From positions 2,065,805 to 2,089,804 of the forward strand of contig NZ_CP139002.1 in assembly GCF_044597695.1 (NCBI RefSeq): a stretch of DNA of 24,000 nucleotides. Reading direction: 5' to 3'. The stretch is from Frigoribacterium sp. R86507 (GTDB taxonomy: Bacteria; Actinomycetota; Actinomycetes; Actinomycetales; Microbacteriaceae). Shown here piece by piece: positions 13,215-20,154 of the stretch; within the stretch, counting starts at the first letter, position 1, and each line of letters begins with the position of its first letter. Below the pieces are notes generated by a model. The model was given only the letters and a program-made list of their open reading frames with translations. It had not been told where the DNA came from and made no database searches. The translations under genes and the position numbers were made by a program.

Positions 13215-14716
13215 GCCCCCGTGAGCAGGCCGACCCCCGCCTCGGCACGACCGTCGGTGGTCGCTACCGTCTCGACGCGATCGTCGGGCGGGGTGGCATG
13301 GGGGCCGTCTACCGGGCGAACGACCTCGAGCTCGGCCGGGACGTCGCCGTCAAGCTCTTCTCGTCGGACGGGCACGACGTCCACGACCTTAGCCGGCAGG
13401 TCAGCGAGGTGCGCCTCCTCGCCTCACTGAACCACCCCGGGCTCGTGACGCTCTACGACGCCCGCGTCGAGGGCGACGGCCACGACGACGACGCCTACCT
13501 CGTGATGGAGTACGTCGACGGTCCGACCCTGCAGACCGTGCTCGCCGACGGGCCGCTGTCACACGTCGAGGCCGCGGCGCTGCTCGGCGACGTCGCGGAC
13601 GGCCTGGCGGCGGTCCACCGCGCCGGCGTCGTCCACCGGGACGTCAAGCCCGCGAACATCCTGCTCGCGGCTCCGCACCACGAGGGCGACCCCCGCAGGG
13701 CCAAGCTCGCCGACTTCGGCATCGCGTACCTGATCGACTCGACGCGGGTGACGGCCACGGGCACCCTGATGGGCACCGCCGCCTTCGTCAGCCCGGAGCA
13801 GGCCGAGGGGCGACCGCCGGCCCCCGCGTCCGACGTCTATTCACTCGGACTGGTCCTGGTCGAGGCTCTGACCGGAAAGCGCGTCTTCACGGGTTCGGTC
13901 GTCGAGTCGGTCATGGCTCGTCTCACTCGCGACCCCGAGATCCCGGCCTCGATCGGTTCGGGGTGGGCGGAGCTGCTGACGCGCATGACCTCGCGCGCAC
14001 CGGAGGACCGTCCCGCCGCCGCCGAGGTGACAAGGGTGGCCCGCACGTTGGCCGTCGAAGGCGCCGGGTCGACCGATGCCGTCACCCGCGTCATGGCCGC
14101 TCCCGACGTGCCGACGGCCGCCCTGCCCGGCGGCGACACGCCCACTCGCGTCCTGCCCCGGGACGACGCTCGCACGCAGGTGCTCGGAGCGGGGGCGGCG
14201 ACCGGGGCGGACGCCGCGGACCTCGTCGCCGACGTCGAGTCCGACGACGGGACTCGGAAGCGCCGGCGCCGGCCCCTCGTGCTGGCGGCGATCGTCGTCG
14301 CCGCGTTGCTGGCGGCAGGCATCGGCTGGGCCGCCACGCGCGATGACGACGTGGTCGGCCCGACCGAGAGCACGAGTCCGAGTGTCGAGACGGACCCGTC
14401 GACGACGCCCTCCGAGTCGTCGGACGACGAGTCGCCGTCGCCGTCGGAGGACTCGACCGACGAGTCGCCGGCAGATCCGACGCCTTCGGACGAGGTCAGC
14501 CCGACCCAGGAGGCGCCGGTCGAGCCGACGACGCAGCCGACGGTCGACCCCGTGACGCCCCCGACGGTCGACGTTCCCGGTGTCGACGTCCCGGGTGGGA
14601 ACACCGGGCCGGGCAACAGCGGGAACGGCAACGGGAACAGCGGGCCCGGCAACAACGGGAACGGCAACGGCCGCGGCAACGGAATCGGTCTCGGGACGGG
14701 GACCGGCACCCCCTAG
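13211..14716 (+). CDS. Transmembrane Ser/Thr protein kinase (Hanks-type) with low-complexity ectodomain
   Basis: Kinase motifs are present: GRGGMGAVY, VAVKLF, HRDVKPANIL, LADFGIA and SPEQ. There is one TM helix (PLVLAAIVVAALLAAGIGWAA) after an RKRRRR stop-transfer. The start ATG 13211 overlaps the coaBC stop (ATGA). Confidence 0.9.
   Translation: MSPREQADPRLGTTVGGRYRLDAIVGRGGMGAVYRANDLELGRDVAVKLFSSDGHDVHDLSRQVSEVRLLASLNHPGLVTLYDARVEGDGHDDDAYLVMEYVDGPTLQTVLADGPLSHVEAAALLGDVADGLAAVHRAGVVHRDVKPANILLAAPHHEGDPRRAKLADFGIAYLIDSTRVTATGTLMGTAAFVSPEQAEGRPPAPASDVYSLGLVLVEALTGKRVFTGSVVESVMARLTRDPEIPASIGSGWAELLTRMTSRAPEDRPAAAEVTRVARTLAVEGAGSTDAVTRVMAAPDVPTAALPGGDTPTRVLPRDDARTQVLGAGAATGADAADLVADVESDDGTRKRRRRPLVLAAIVVAALLAAGIGWAATRDDDVVGPTESTSPSVETDPSTTPSESSDDESPSPSEDSTDESPADPTPSDEVSPTQEAPVEPTTQPTVDPVTPPTVDVPGVDVPGGNTGPGNSGNGNGNSGPGNNGNGNGRGNGIGLGTGTGTP
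14596..14713 (+). repeat. Imperfect GGN-AAC hexanucleotide tandem repeat encoding a (Gly-Asn)n tail
   Basis: The DNA reads GGGAACACCGGGCCGGGCAACAGCGGGAACGGCAACGGGAACAGCGGGCCCGGCAACAACGGGAACGGCAACGGCCGCGGCAACGGAATCGG... It encodes GNTGPGNSGNGNGNSGPGNNGNGNGRGNGIGLGTGTGTP at the kinase C-terminus. Confidence 0.7.
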
Positions 14717-14726
14717 AGAGAAGCCT

Positions 14727-14784
14727 CGAGACGTCACGACATGCCGCCCACCTCGAGAGGTGAGCGGCATGTCGTGACGTCTCG
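14727..14784. other. 58-nt near-perfect palindrome / long hairpin
   Basis: The 21-nt arms are perfectly complementary: 14727-14747 CGAGACGTCACGACATGCCGC and 14764-14784 GCGGCATGTCGTGACGTCTCG. The 16-nt centre itself pairs (CACCTC/GAGGTG). By my count 27 of 29 positions are paired. It begins 11 nt after the kinase stop and has no U-tract. Confidence 0.6.
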
Positions 14785-14830
14785 GTACGGGATGCCGACC
14801 GCTCGTGAGCGCGGGAGCCCCGACATGACG

Positions 14831-14856
14831 AAAGCCCCGGCCGAGGCCGGGGCTTT
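14831..14856. terminator. Bidirectional intrinsic terminator-like hairpin
   Basis: AAAGCCCCGGC-cgag-GCCGGGGCTTT forms an 11-bp stem. A/T runs flank it on both sides, so it can serve the kinase gene (+) and the minus-strand tRNA operon, whose last tRNA ends at 14864. Confidence 0.6.
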
Positions 14857-14863
14857 CTGTGTG

Positions 14864-14935
14864 TGAGCGATACTGGGATCGAACCAGCGACCTCTTCCGT
14901 GTCAGGGAAGCGCGCTACCGCTGCGCCAATCGCTC
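14864..14935 (-). tRNA. tRNA-Val (anticodon GAC)
   Basis: The hand-folded cloverleaf is GAGCGAT TG GCGC AGCGGTA GCGC G CTTCC CTGACAC GGAAG AGGTC GCTGG TTCGATC CCAGT ATCGCTC A, 72 nt. The 3' CCA is not encoded. Confidence 0.88.
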
Positions 14936-15016
14936 ATGTCTCAACGATGCGAGAGTGAACCCTCGAACCGCACTATTCAATTGCAACATCGATTCTAGAC
15001 CTAGGTCTGGATCGAA

Positions 15017-15090
15017 TGGAGGTGGAGACGGGATTTGAACCCGCGTGAACGGCTTTGCAGGCCGGTGCCTCGCCTCTCGGCCACTCCACC
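15017..15090 (-). tRNA. tRNA-Cys (anticodon GCA), 3' CCA encoded
   Basis: The sequence is GGTGGAG TG GCC..GGC A CCGGC CTGCAAA GCCGT TCAC GCGGG TTCAAAT CCCGT CTCCACC T CCA. The discriminator is U73, as expected for tRNA-Cys. It is the only tRNA of the four with an encoded CCA. Confidence 0.88.
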
Positions 15091-15156
15091 ATACGAGTAG
15101 CCCCCCAGAGGGAGGCCACCAGTCGGTGGACCACCCTCTGGTGAGCATTACACTCG

Positions 15157-15228
15157 AGCGGATGACGAGATTCGAACTCGCGACCCTCACCTTGGCAAGG
15201 TGATGCGCTACCGCTGCGCCACATCCGC
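15157..15228 (-). tRNA. tRNA-Gly (anticodon GCC)
   Basis: The sequence is GCGGATG TG GCGC AGCGGTA GCGC A TCACC TTGCCAA GGTGA GGGTC GCGAG TTCGAAT CTCGT CATCCGC T, 72 nt. Confidence 0.88.
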
Positions 15229-15258
15229 ATTTCGCTTTGCATTTCTGCGTGCAAAAGA

Positions 15259-15288
15259 ACAATACCCACACCCCGGGGCAGAAACCAA
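15259..15288 (-). promoter_or_regulatory. Candidate promoter of the tRNA Gly-Cys-Val operon
   Basis: On the minus strand the sequence reads TTGGTT, an 18-nt spacer, then TATTGT. This sits about 30 nt upstream of the tRNA-Gly 5' end, in a locally AT-richer stretch. The call rests on pattern matching only. Confidence 0.25.
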
Positions 15289-15402
15289 ATCGAGGGAAGT
15301 TCGTGTCTTGACCGGGCGTGGGGCAGTTCACGACGGGGGCCTCGACGACGGACCGAATGGCGTTCGAGCCCCGCGATGCACTAGCATCGTCGAGTCCCAC
15401 AC

Positions 15403-15475
15403 GGGCGATTGGCGCAGTTGGTAGCGCGCTTCCTTCACACGGAAGAGGTCATCGGTTCGAGCCCGGTATCGCCCA
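15403..15475 (+). tRNA. tRNA-Val (anticodon CAC)
   Basis: The sequence is GGGCGAT TG GCGC AGTTGGTA GCGC G CTTCC TTCACAC GGAAG AGGTC ATCGG TTCGAGC CCGGT ATCGCCC A, 73 nt. It is divergent from the Gly-Cys-Val operon. Confidence 0.9.
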
Positions 15476-15486
15476 CGACCATCACC

Positions 15487-15514
15487 GAAAGGCCCTGCAT
15501 CCGCAGGGCCTTTC
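15487..15514 (+). terminator. Terminator-like hairpin after tRNA-Val(CAC)
   Basis: GAAAGGCCCTGC-atcc-GCAGGGCCTTTC forms a perfect 12-bp stem and is followed by GTCGTT. Confidence 0.55.
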
Positions 15515-15599
15515 GTCGTTCCCGGACCGAGATCCCCGGCCCGGCGCCTCCGTCGAGGCATCGACGTCGCCCGCTCTCGAGACGTGGCATCCTCACCCC

Positions 15600-17294
15600 A
15601 TGACCGCCTCCCCCGCCTCCCGTGCGCCCACGACCCACCCGACGACCGTCCCAGACGCCGACTGGTGGCGCCAGGCCGTCGTCTACCAGGTGTATCCGCG
15701 CAGCTTCGCCGATGCGAACGGCGACGGGATCGGCGACCTGCCCGGCGTGACCTCGCGGGTGCCGTACCTGCAGCGGCTCGGGGTCGACGCCGTCTGGCTG
15801 AGCCCGTTCTATCCGTCCCCGCTCGCCGACGGCGGCTACGACGTCGCCGACTACCGTGACGTCGCCCCCCGCCTGGGCACCCTCGACGACTTCGACGAGA
15901 TGGTCGCCGCCCTCCACGCGGCCGGGCTGAAGGTCGTCGTCGACATCGTCCCCAACCACACCTCGAGCGACCACGAGTGGTTCCGCGAGGCCGTCGCGTC
16001 CGAACCCGGCAGCGCCGCCCGGGCCCGTTACGTGTTCCGGGACGGCCTCGGCGACGGCGGTGCCACTCCTCCGTCCACCTGGGTGTCGAACTTCGGCGGA
16101 GGCGCATGGACCCGTCTGACGCGCCCCGACGGCACACCCGAGCAGTGGTACCTGCACCTCTTCGCCCCCGAGCAGCCCGACCTCGACTGGAGCAACCCCG
16201 AAGTCCGCGCCGACTTCGAGGGGACGCTGCGGTTCTGGTCGGACCGTGGCGTCGACGGCTTCCGGGTCGACGTCGCCCACGGGCTCGCGAAAGATCTCAC
16301 CCACCCCCTCCGCGACGCCGCCGAGCGCCAGGACCTGCCGGTCGACGGCAGCGACCCGCTCTACGACCGCGACGAGGTGCACGTGATCTTCGAGGGCTGG
16401 CGCCGTGTCCTCGACGAGTACGACCCGCCCCGCAGTGCGGTGGCCGAGGCCTGGGTGCAGCCGGAGCGCGTCCCGCTCTACGCCCGCCCCACCGAGCTCG
16501 GGCAGGCCTTCAGCTTCGCCCTCACCCGAGCCGACTTCGACGCCGACCAGTACCGCGCGATCATCGCGTCGACCCTCGAGCAGGCGGCGGTGAGCGGGGC
16601 GACGAGCACCTGGGTTCTCTCGAACCACGACGTCGTCCGTCACGCCACGCGCTACGGCCTGCCGAAGGGCCAGGACCTCGACGCCTTCGTGCTGAGCGAC
16701 GGACGACGCCCGACCCTGAACCCCGACGCGGGTCTGCGTCGGGCTCGTGCGGCGACGTTGTTGATGCTCGCCCTGCCGGGCTCGGCCTACGTCTACCAAG
16801 GCGAGGAGCTCGGCCTCTTCGAGGTGGCCGACCTGCGCCCCGACCAGTTGCAGGACCCGGTCTGGACGCGCACGGGCCACCGGCGCAAGGGCCGTGACGG
16901 CAGCCGGGTGCCGCTGCCCTGGGACACGAGCGAGCCCGCCCTGGGGTTCGGCGACCACGCCCCGCACCTGCCGCAGCCCGAGTGGTTCGAGGACCTCGCC
17001 GTCTCGGTGCAGGACGACGAGGACGAATCCACGCTGTCGATCTATCGGCGGGCCCTGGCGCTCCGTCGCGAGCTGCAGCAGGGAGAGGCCCTGCGGTGGG
17101 TGAGCGACGCGCAGGACGACGTCGTGCACTTCTCGCGCCACGACGGTTGGCACTCGCTGACGAACTTCGGCGGCGGCCCGGTGGATCTGCCCACCGGCGC
17201 CCGTGTGCTCGCGTCCAGCGAGCCGCTGCAGGACACGCTCACCGGCGTCACCGAGGTGCCGGGCGAGACCACGGTCTGGTTCTCCCTGGTCTGA
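15600..17294 (+). CDS. GH13 alpha-glucosidase (oligo-1,6-glucosidase / trehalose-6-P hydrolase-like)
   Basis: The start is ATG 15600 (MTASPASRAP..). GH13 signatures are present: WWRQAVVYQVYPRSFADANGDGIGDL, VVDIVPNHTSSDHEWF, DGFRVDVAHG, AEAW and LSNHDVVRH. The upstream part of ORF 15318..17294 runs across the tRNA and is not coding. Confidence 0.9.
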   Translation: MTASPASRAPTTHPTTVPDADWWRQAVVYQVYPRSFADANGDGIGDLPGVTSRVPYLQRLGVDAVWLSPFYPSPLADGGYDVADYRDVAPRLGTLDDFDEMVAALHAAGLKVVVDIVPNHTSSDHEWFREAVASEPGSAARARYVFRDGLGDGGATPPSTWVSNFGGGAWTRLTRPDGTPEQWYLHLFAPEQPDLDWSNPEVRADFEGTLRFWSDRGVDGFRVDVAHGLAKDLTHPLRDAAERQDLPVDGSDPLYDRDEVHVIFEGWRRVLDEYDPPRSAVAEAWVQPERVPLYARPTELGQAFSFALTRADFDADQYRAIIASTLEQAAVSGATSTWVLSNHDVVRHATRYGLPKGQDLDAFVLSDGRRPTLNPDAGLRRARAATLLMLALPGSAYVYQGEELGLFEVADLRPDQLQDPVWTRTGHRRKGRDGSRVPLPWDTSEPALGFGDHAPHLPQPEWFEDLAVSVQDDEDESTLSIYRRALALRRELQQGEALRWVSDAQDDVVHFSRHDGWHSLTNFGGGPVDLPTGARVLASSEPLQDTLTGVTEVPGETTVWFSLV

Positions 17295-17327
17295 AAGACG
17301 GGCCCGGTGGCGCGACGGGACCACCTG

Positions 17328-17367
17328 CAGGAGGCGCGGTGCGAGGGGTCCCTCACCGCGCCTCCTG
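17328..17367 (+). terminator. Hairpin downstream of the alpha-glucosidase gene
   Basis: CAGGAGGCGCGGTG - 12 nt - CACCGCGCCTCCTG forms a perfect 14-bp stem. It lies 34 nt after the stop at 17294. There is no clear U-tract. Confidence 0.45.
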
Positions 17368-17399
17368 CGTTCGGCCGCGGTCCGCAGGGCCGGCACGCG

Positions 17400-17431
17400 G
17401 AACGGCCCCGGTCAGAGGACCGGGGCCGTTC
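17400..17431 (-). terminator. Hairpin downstream of amt
   Basis: GAACGGCCCCGGTC-agag-GACCGGGGCCGTTC forms a perfect 14-bp stem. It lies 17 nt beyond the amt stop (17448). Confidence 0.5.
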
Positions 17432-17447
17432 GTCGTGCGGAGTGGGC

Positions 17448-18740
17448 TCAGGAACGCGAGTTCTCGAGCACGTAGCCCTCTTCGCCGTGGATGGCGAGGT
17501 CGATGCCAGCGACCTCGTCCTCGTTCTTGACCCGGAAGCCGATGGTCTTCTCGATGGCGAAACCGATGACGTAGGCGAGGACGAACGAGTAGACGAGCAC
17601 CACGACGGCGGCAAGCGCTTGGATGCCGAGCTGTGCCGGGCCGTGGCCGAAGAACAGTCCGTAGTCGGTCGAGAAGAAGCCGATGTACAGCGTGCCGATG
17701 AGACCACCGATGAGGTGGATGCCGACCACGTCGAGCGAGTCGTCGAAGCCGAGCTTGAACTTGAGATCGATGGCGATCGCGCAGACGGCACCCGTCAGGA
17801 GCCCCAGGACCATGGCCCACAGGGGGCTGAGGGTGGCGCACGCCGGCGTGATGGCGACCAGACCGGCGACGGCGCCCGATGCGGCCCCGACGGACGTGGC
17901 CTTGCCGTCCTTGATCTTCTCCACGACGAGCCAGCCGAGGATGGCAGCAGCCGGGGCGGCGATGGTGTTCATGAAGGCGACGGCTGCGATGCCGTCGGCC
18001 GCGAGCTCGGAACCGGCGTTGAAGCCGAACCAGCCGAACCAGAGCAGACCGGCACCCAGCAGCACGAAGGGAGGGTTGTGCGGCTTGTCCGCGCCCTTGG
18101 CGAAACCGACGCGCTTGCCCAACACGAGGGCGAGGGCGAGACCGGCCGCACCGGCGTTGATGTGCACCGCGGTACCGCCCGCGAAGTCGATGACGCCCAT
18201 GCTCGCGATCCAGCCACCGTCGACGACGGATCCGTCGTCGCCCAGCGTGAAGTTGAAGACCCAGCTGGCGACGGGGAAGTAGACGACCGTGGCCCAGACT
18301 CCGGCGAAGACCATCCAGGCCCCGAACTTGGCGCGGTCGGCGATGGCGCCCGAGACGAGTGCCACGGTGATGATGGCGAAGGTCGCCTGGAACGCTGCGA
18401 AAGCGATGGTCGGGTACGCGCCACTGCCGCCCGCGATCGCGTCCGTGTACAGCTGCTGCAGGCCGAGGGTCTTCCAGTCGAACCCGATGACACCGTCGAT
18501 GCCGATGAAGCTGTCCGTACCCGCAGGGCCCTGGGGTCCGTTCGAGAATGCGATCGAGTATCCGAAGAGCACCCAGAGCACACCGATGAGGCCCATGGCC
18601 CCGAAACTCAGCATCATCATGCTGATGACGCTCTTGGCCTTGACGAGTCCTCCGTAGAAGAAGGCCAGGCCGGGGGTCATGAGCAGCACGAGTGCTGCGC
18701 AGATGAGCATGAAGGCGGTGTTGCCTTGGTCGAGTTCCAT
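17448..18740 (-). CDS. amt: Ammonium transporter (Amt family)
   Basis: The start is taken at ATG 18740 (MELDQGNTAFMLICAALVLLMTPGLAFFYGGLV) with AGAGGTGA upstream. The protein is polytopic with Amt motifs (DFAGGTAVHINAG, FGWFGFNAGS, DDSLDVVGIHLIGGLIG). Confidence 0.9.
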   Translation of the reverse strand: MELDQGNTAFMLICAALVLLMTPGLAFFYGGLVKAKSVISMMMLSFGAMGLIGVLWVLFGYSIAFSNGPQGPAGTDSFIGIDGVIGFDWKTLGLQQLYTDAIAGGSGAYPTIAFAAFQATFAIITVALVSGAIADRAKFGAWMVFAGVWATVVYFPVASWVFNFTLGDDGSVVDGGWIASMGVIDFAGGTAVHINAGAAGLALALVLGKRVGFAKGADKPHNPPFVLLGAGLLWFGWFGFNAGSELAADGIAAVAFMNTIAAPAAAILGWLVVEKIKDGKATSVGAASGAVAGLVAITPACATLSPLWAMVLGLLTGAVCAIAIDLKFKLGFDDSLDVVGIHLIGGLIGTLYIGFFSTDYGLFFGHGPAQLGIQALAAVVVLVYSFVLAYVIGFAIEKTIGFRVKNEDEVAGIDLAIHGEEGYVLENSRS

Positions 18741-18863
18741 GTACGGGTCACCTCTCGAGTTCCTGAGCCGGGGAGGCACCGACGTCGAGGTCGACCGCGT
18801 GGGTTCACGGGCTGTGGTGACGAACGCTCTCGTCCGGTGCGGCCACCAGTGTCGCGGGGTGAG

Positions 18864-18901
18864 GTTTCCAGCCGTGTGCGGGATTGTTTCCCCGATGTAA
18901 C
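18864..18901 (-). promoter_or_regulatory. Candidate GlnR-type binding site (a1-b1-a2-b2 boxes) upstream of amt
   Basis: On the amt sense strand the site reads GTTAC-ATCGGG-GAAAC-AATCCC-GCACA-CGGCTG-GAAAC. This fits the actinobacterial GlnR consensus gTnAc-n6-GaAAc-n6-GTnAC-n6-GAAAc, except for a degenerate a2 box. It lies 124-161 nt upstream of the amt start. Confidence 0.4.
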
Positions 18902-18961
18902 ACGATTCGGGCGCAGGTAAACAACGTGTTTCGGCTCACCCCGTACCGGGTGGGGATGTCG

Positions 18962-19978
18962 TCAGAGCGAGGTGAGCGCCACGAGGCGTGACACGGCCCG
19001 CAGGTACTTCTTGCGGTAGCCGCCGGCCAGCATCTCGTCCGAGAAGACCTGGTCGAGGGGCGTGCCCGAGGCGACGACCCGGATCTGCGTGTCGTAGAGG
19101 CGGTCGACGAAGGCCACGAGGCGCAACGCGTCGACCTGGCTGGTCAGGACGTGGACGTCACGGAGCCCGACCGCGTCGAGGTCGTCGACGAGCTTGACGT
19201 ACTTGCTGGGGTGCACCGTCGCGAGGTGAGCGACGACGCCGTCGAAGTCGTCGAGGGAGACGGTCCCGCCGAGGGACGCCGCCGCCGCGTCGACGTCGTC
19301 GACCACGTGTGCCCGGGCCTCGACCTCGCGACGCCGGTAGTCGTTCCCGTCGATGCGCAGGGTGAGGAACTTGTCGCTCAACCCCTGGATCTCGCGGAGG
19401 AAGTCGGCGGCGGCGAACCGGCCCTCGCCGAGGGCGTTGGGCGGGGTGTTCGAGGTGGCGGCGATGCGGGTGCCGTCGTCGGCCAGGTCGCCGAGCAGCC
19501 GGGTCATCATCATCGTGTCGCCCGGGTCGTCGAGCTCGAACTCGTCGATGCAGACCAGCGCGGCCCCCTTGAGCTGCGACGCGGCGCCGGCGTAGCCGAC
19601 GGCACCGACCAGCGCCGTGTACTCGATGAAGGTGCCGAAGTAGCGCCGGCCGGACGTGCGGTTCCAGAGGGCGGCGAGCAGGTGGGTCTTGCCCACGCCG
19701 AACCCGCCGTCGAGGTAGAGGCCGGGACGCACGGCCGGGGCGGCCGGCTTCTTGCGGAACAGACCCCTCCGCGGGGCGTCGGCACCCGCGCCTCCGAACG
19801 CCGTCACGGCGGCGACCGCCTCGGCCTGCGAGGCGAAGTCCGGGTCGGGTCGGTAGTTCTCGAGCGAGGCCTCGGCGAACTGACGAGGAGGCACGAGTTG
19901 CGTCACGATCTCGGCCCCCGTGATCGTCGGGGTGCGGTCGGTCAAGGACACGAGGGTGCTGACGGATTCGGGGGGCAT
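18962..19978 (-). CDS. zapE: Cell division protein ZapE / AFG1-family ATPase
   Basis: The start is taken at the internal Met ([17 protein letters not shown]..) of ORF 18962..20143, with the coordinate computed from the ORF-track frame. The Walker A context is [19 protein letters not shown] and Walker B is [14 protein letters not shown]. My hand indexing of the G-run near 19971-19981 differed by 1 nt from the track, so the start is +/-1 codon at best. Confidence 0.78.
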   Translation of the reverse strand: MPPESVSTLVSLTDRTPTITGAEIVTQLVPPRQFAEASLENYRPDPDFASQAEAVAAVTAFGGAGADAPRRGLFRKKPAAPAVRPGLYLDGGFGVGKTHLLAALWNRTSGRRYFGTFIEYTALVGAVGYAGAASQLKGAALVCIDEFELDDPGDTMMMTRLLGDLADDGTRIAATSNTPPNALGEGRFAAADFLREIQGLSDKFLTLRIDGNDYRRREVEARAHVVDDVDAAAASLGGTVSLDDFDGVVAHLATVHPSKYVKLVDDLDAVGLRDVHVLTSQVDALRLVAFVDRLYDTQIRVVASGTPLDQVFSDEMLAGGYRKKYLRAVSRLVALTSL

Positions 19979-20154
19979 GGGCGCGGCCTCGCAACGGTGT
20001 GGGCGGGGATCTGTGTCAGAGTCGTACGGTTCCCGGGCGACGGTCACGCGGCATGCGTAACCTCGACGGGGCCGACCAGAGGCGATCCTACGCCGCCGGG
20101 CGCCACCCGTCGCCCGACGTCGGCTCCATCCCGACACCCGCACAAGGAGACACC

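Noticed and set aside
14915-15400. ORFs of 161 aa and 98 aa on the minus strand, and 74 aa on the plus strand, across the tRNA cluster.
   Set aside because: They read straight through three tRNA genes and their spacers, and there is no coding signal.
17295-17447. Search for a small glnK/PII-like or other ORF between the alpha-glucosidase gene and amt. This includes the GTG at 17339, which is preceded by AGGAGG.
   Set aside because: The region is filled by two perfect 14-bp hairpins. The AGGAGG-GTG is one arm of a palindrome. The ORF it opens (part of 16982..17530) is Arg/Pro-rich and antisense to amt.
15476-18961. Possible genomic island (alpha-glucosidase plus amt) inserted at the 3' end of tRNA-Val(CAC), a classic integration site.
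   Set aside because: There is no integrase, recombinase or phage gene. I could find no direct repeat of the tRNA 3' end within the window, and no obvious compositional break. The two genes are ordinary metabolic genes.
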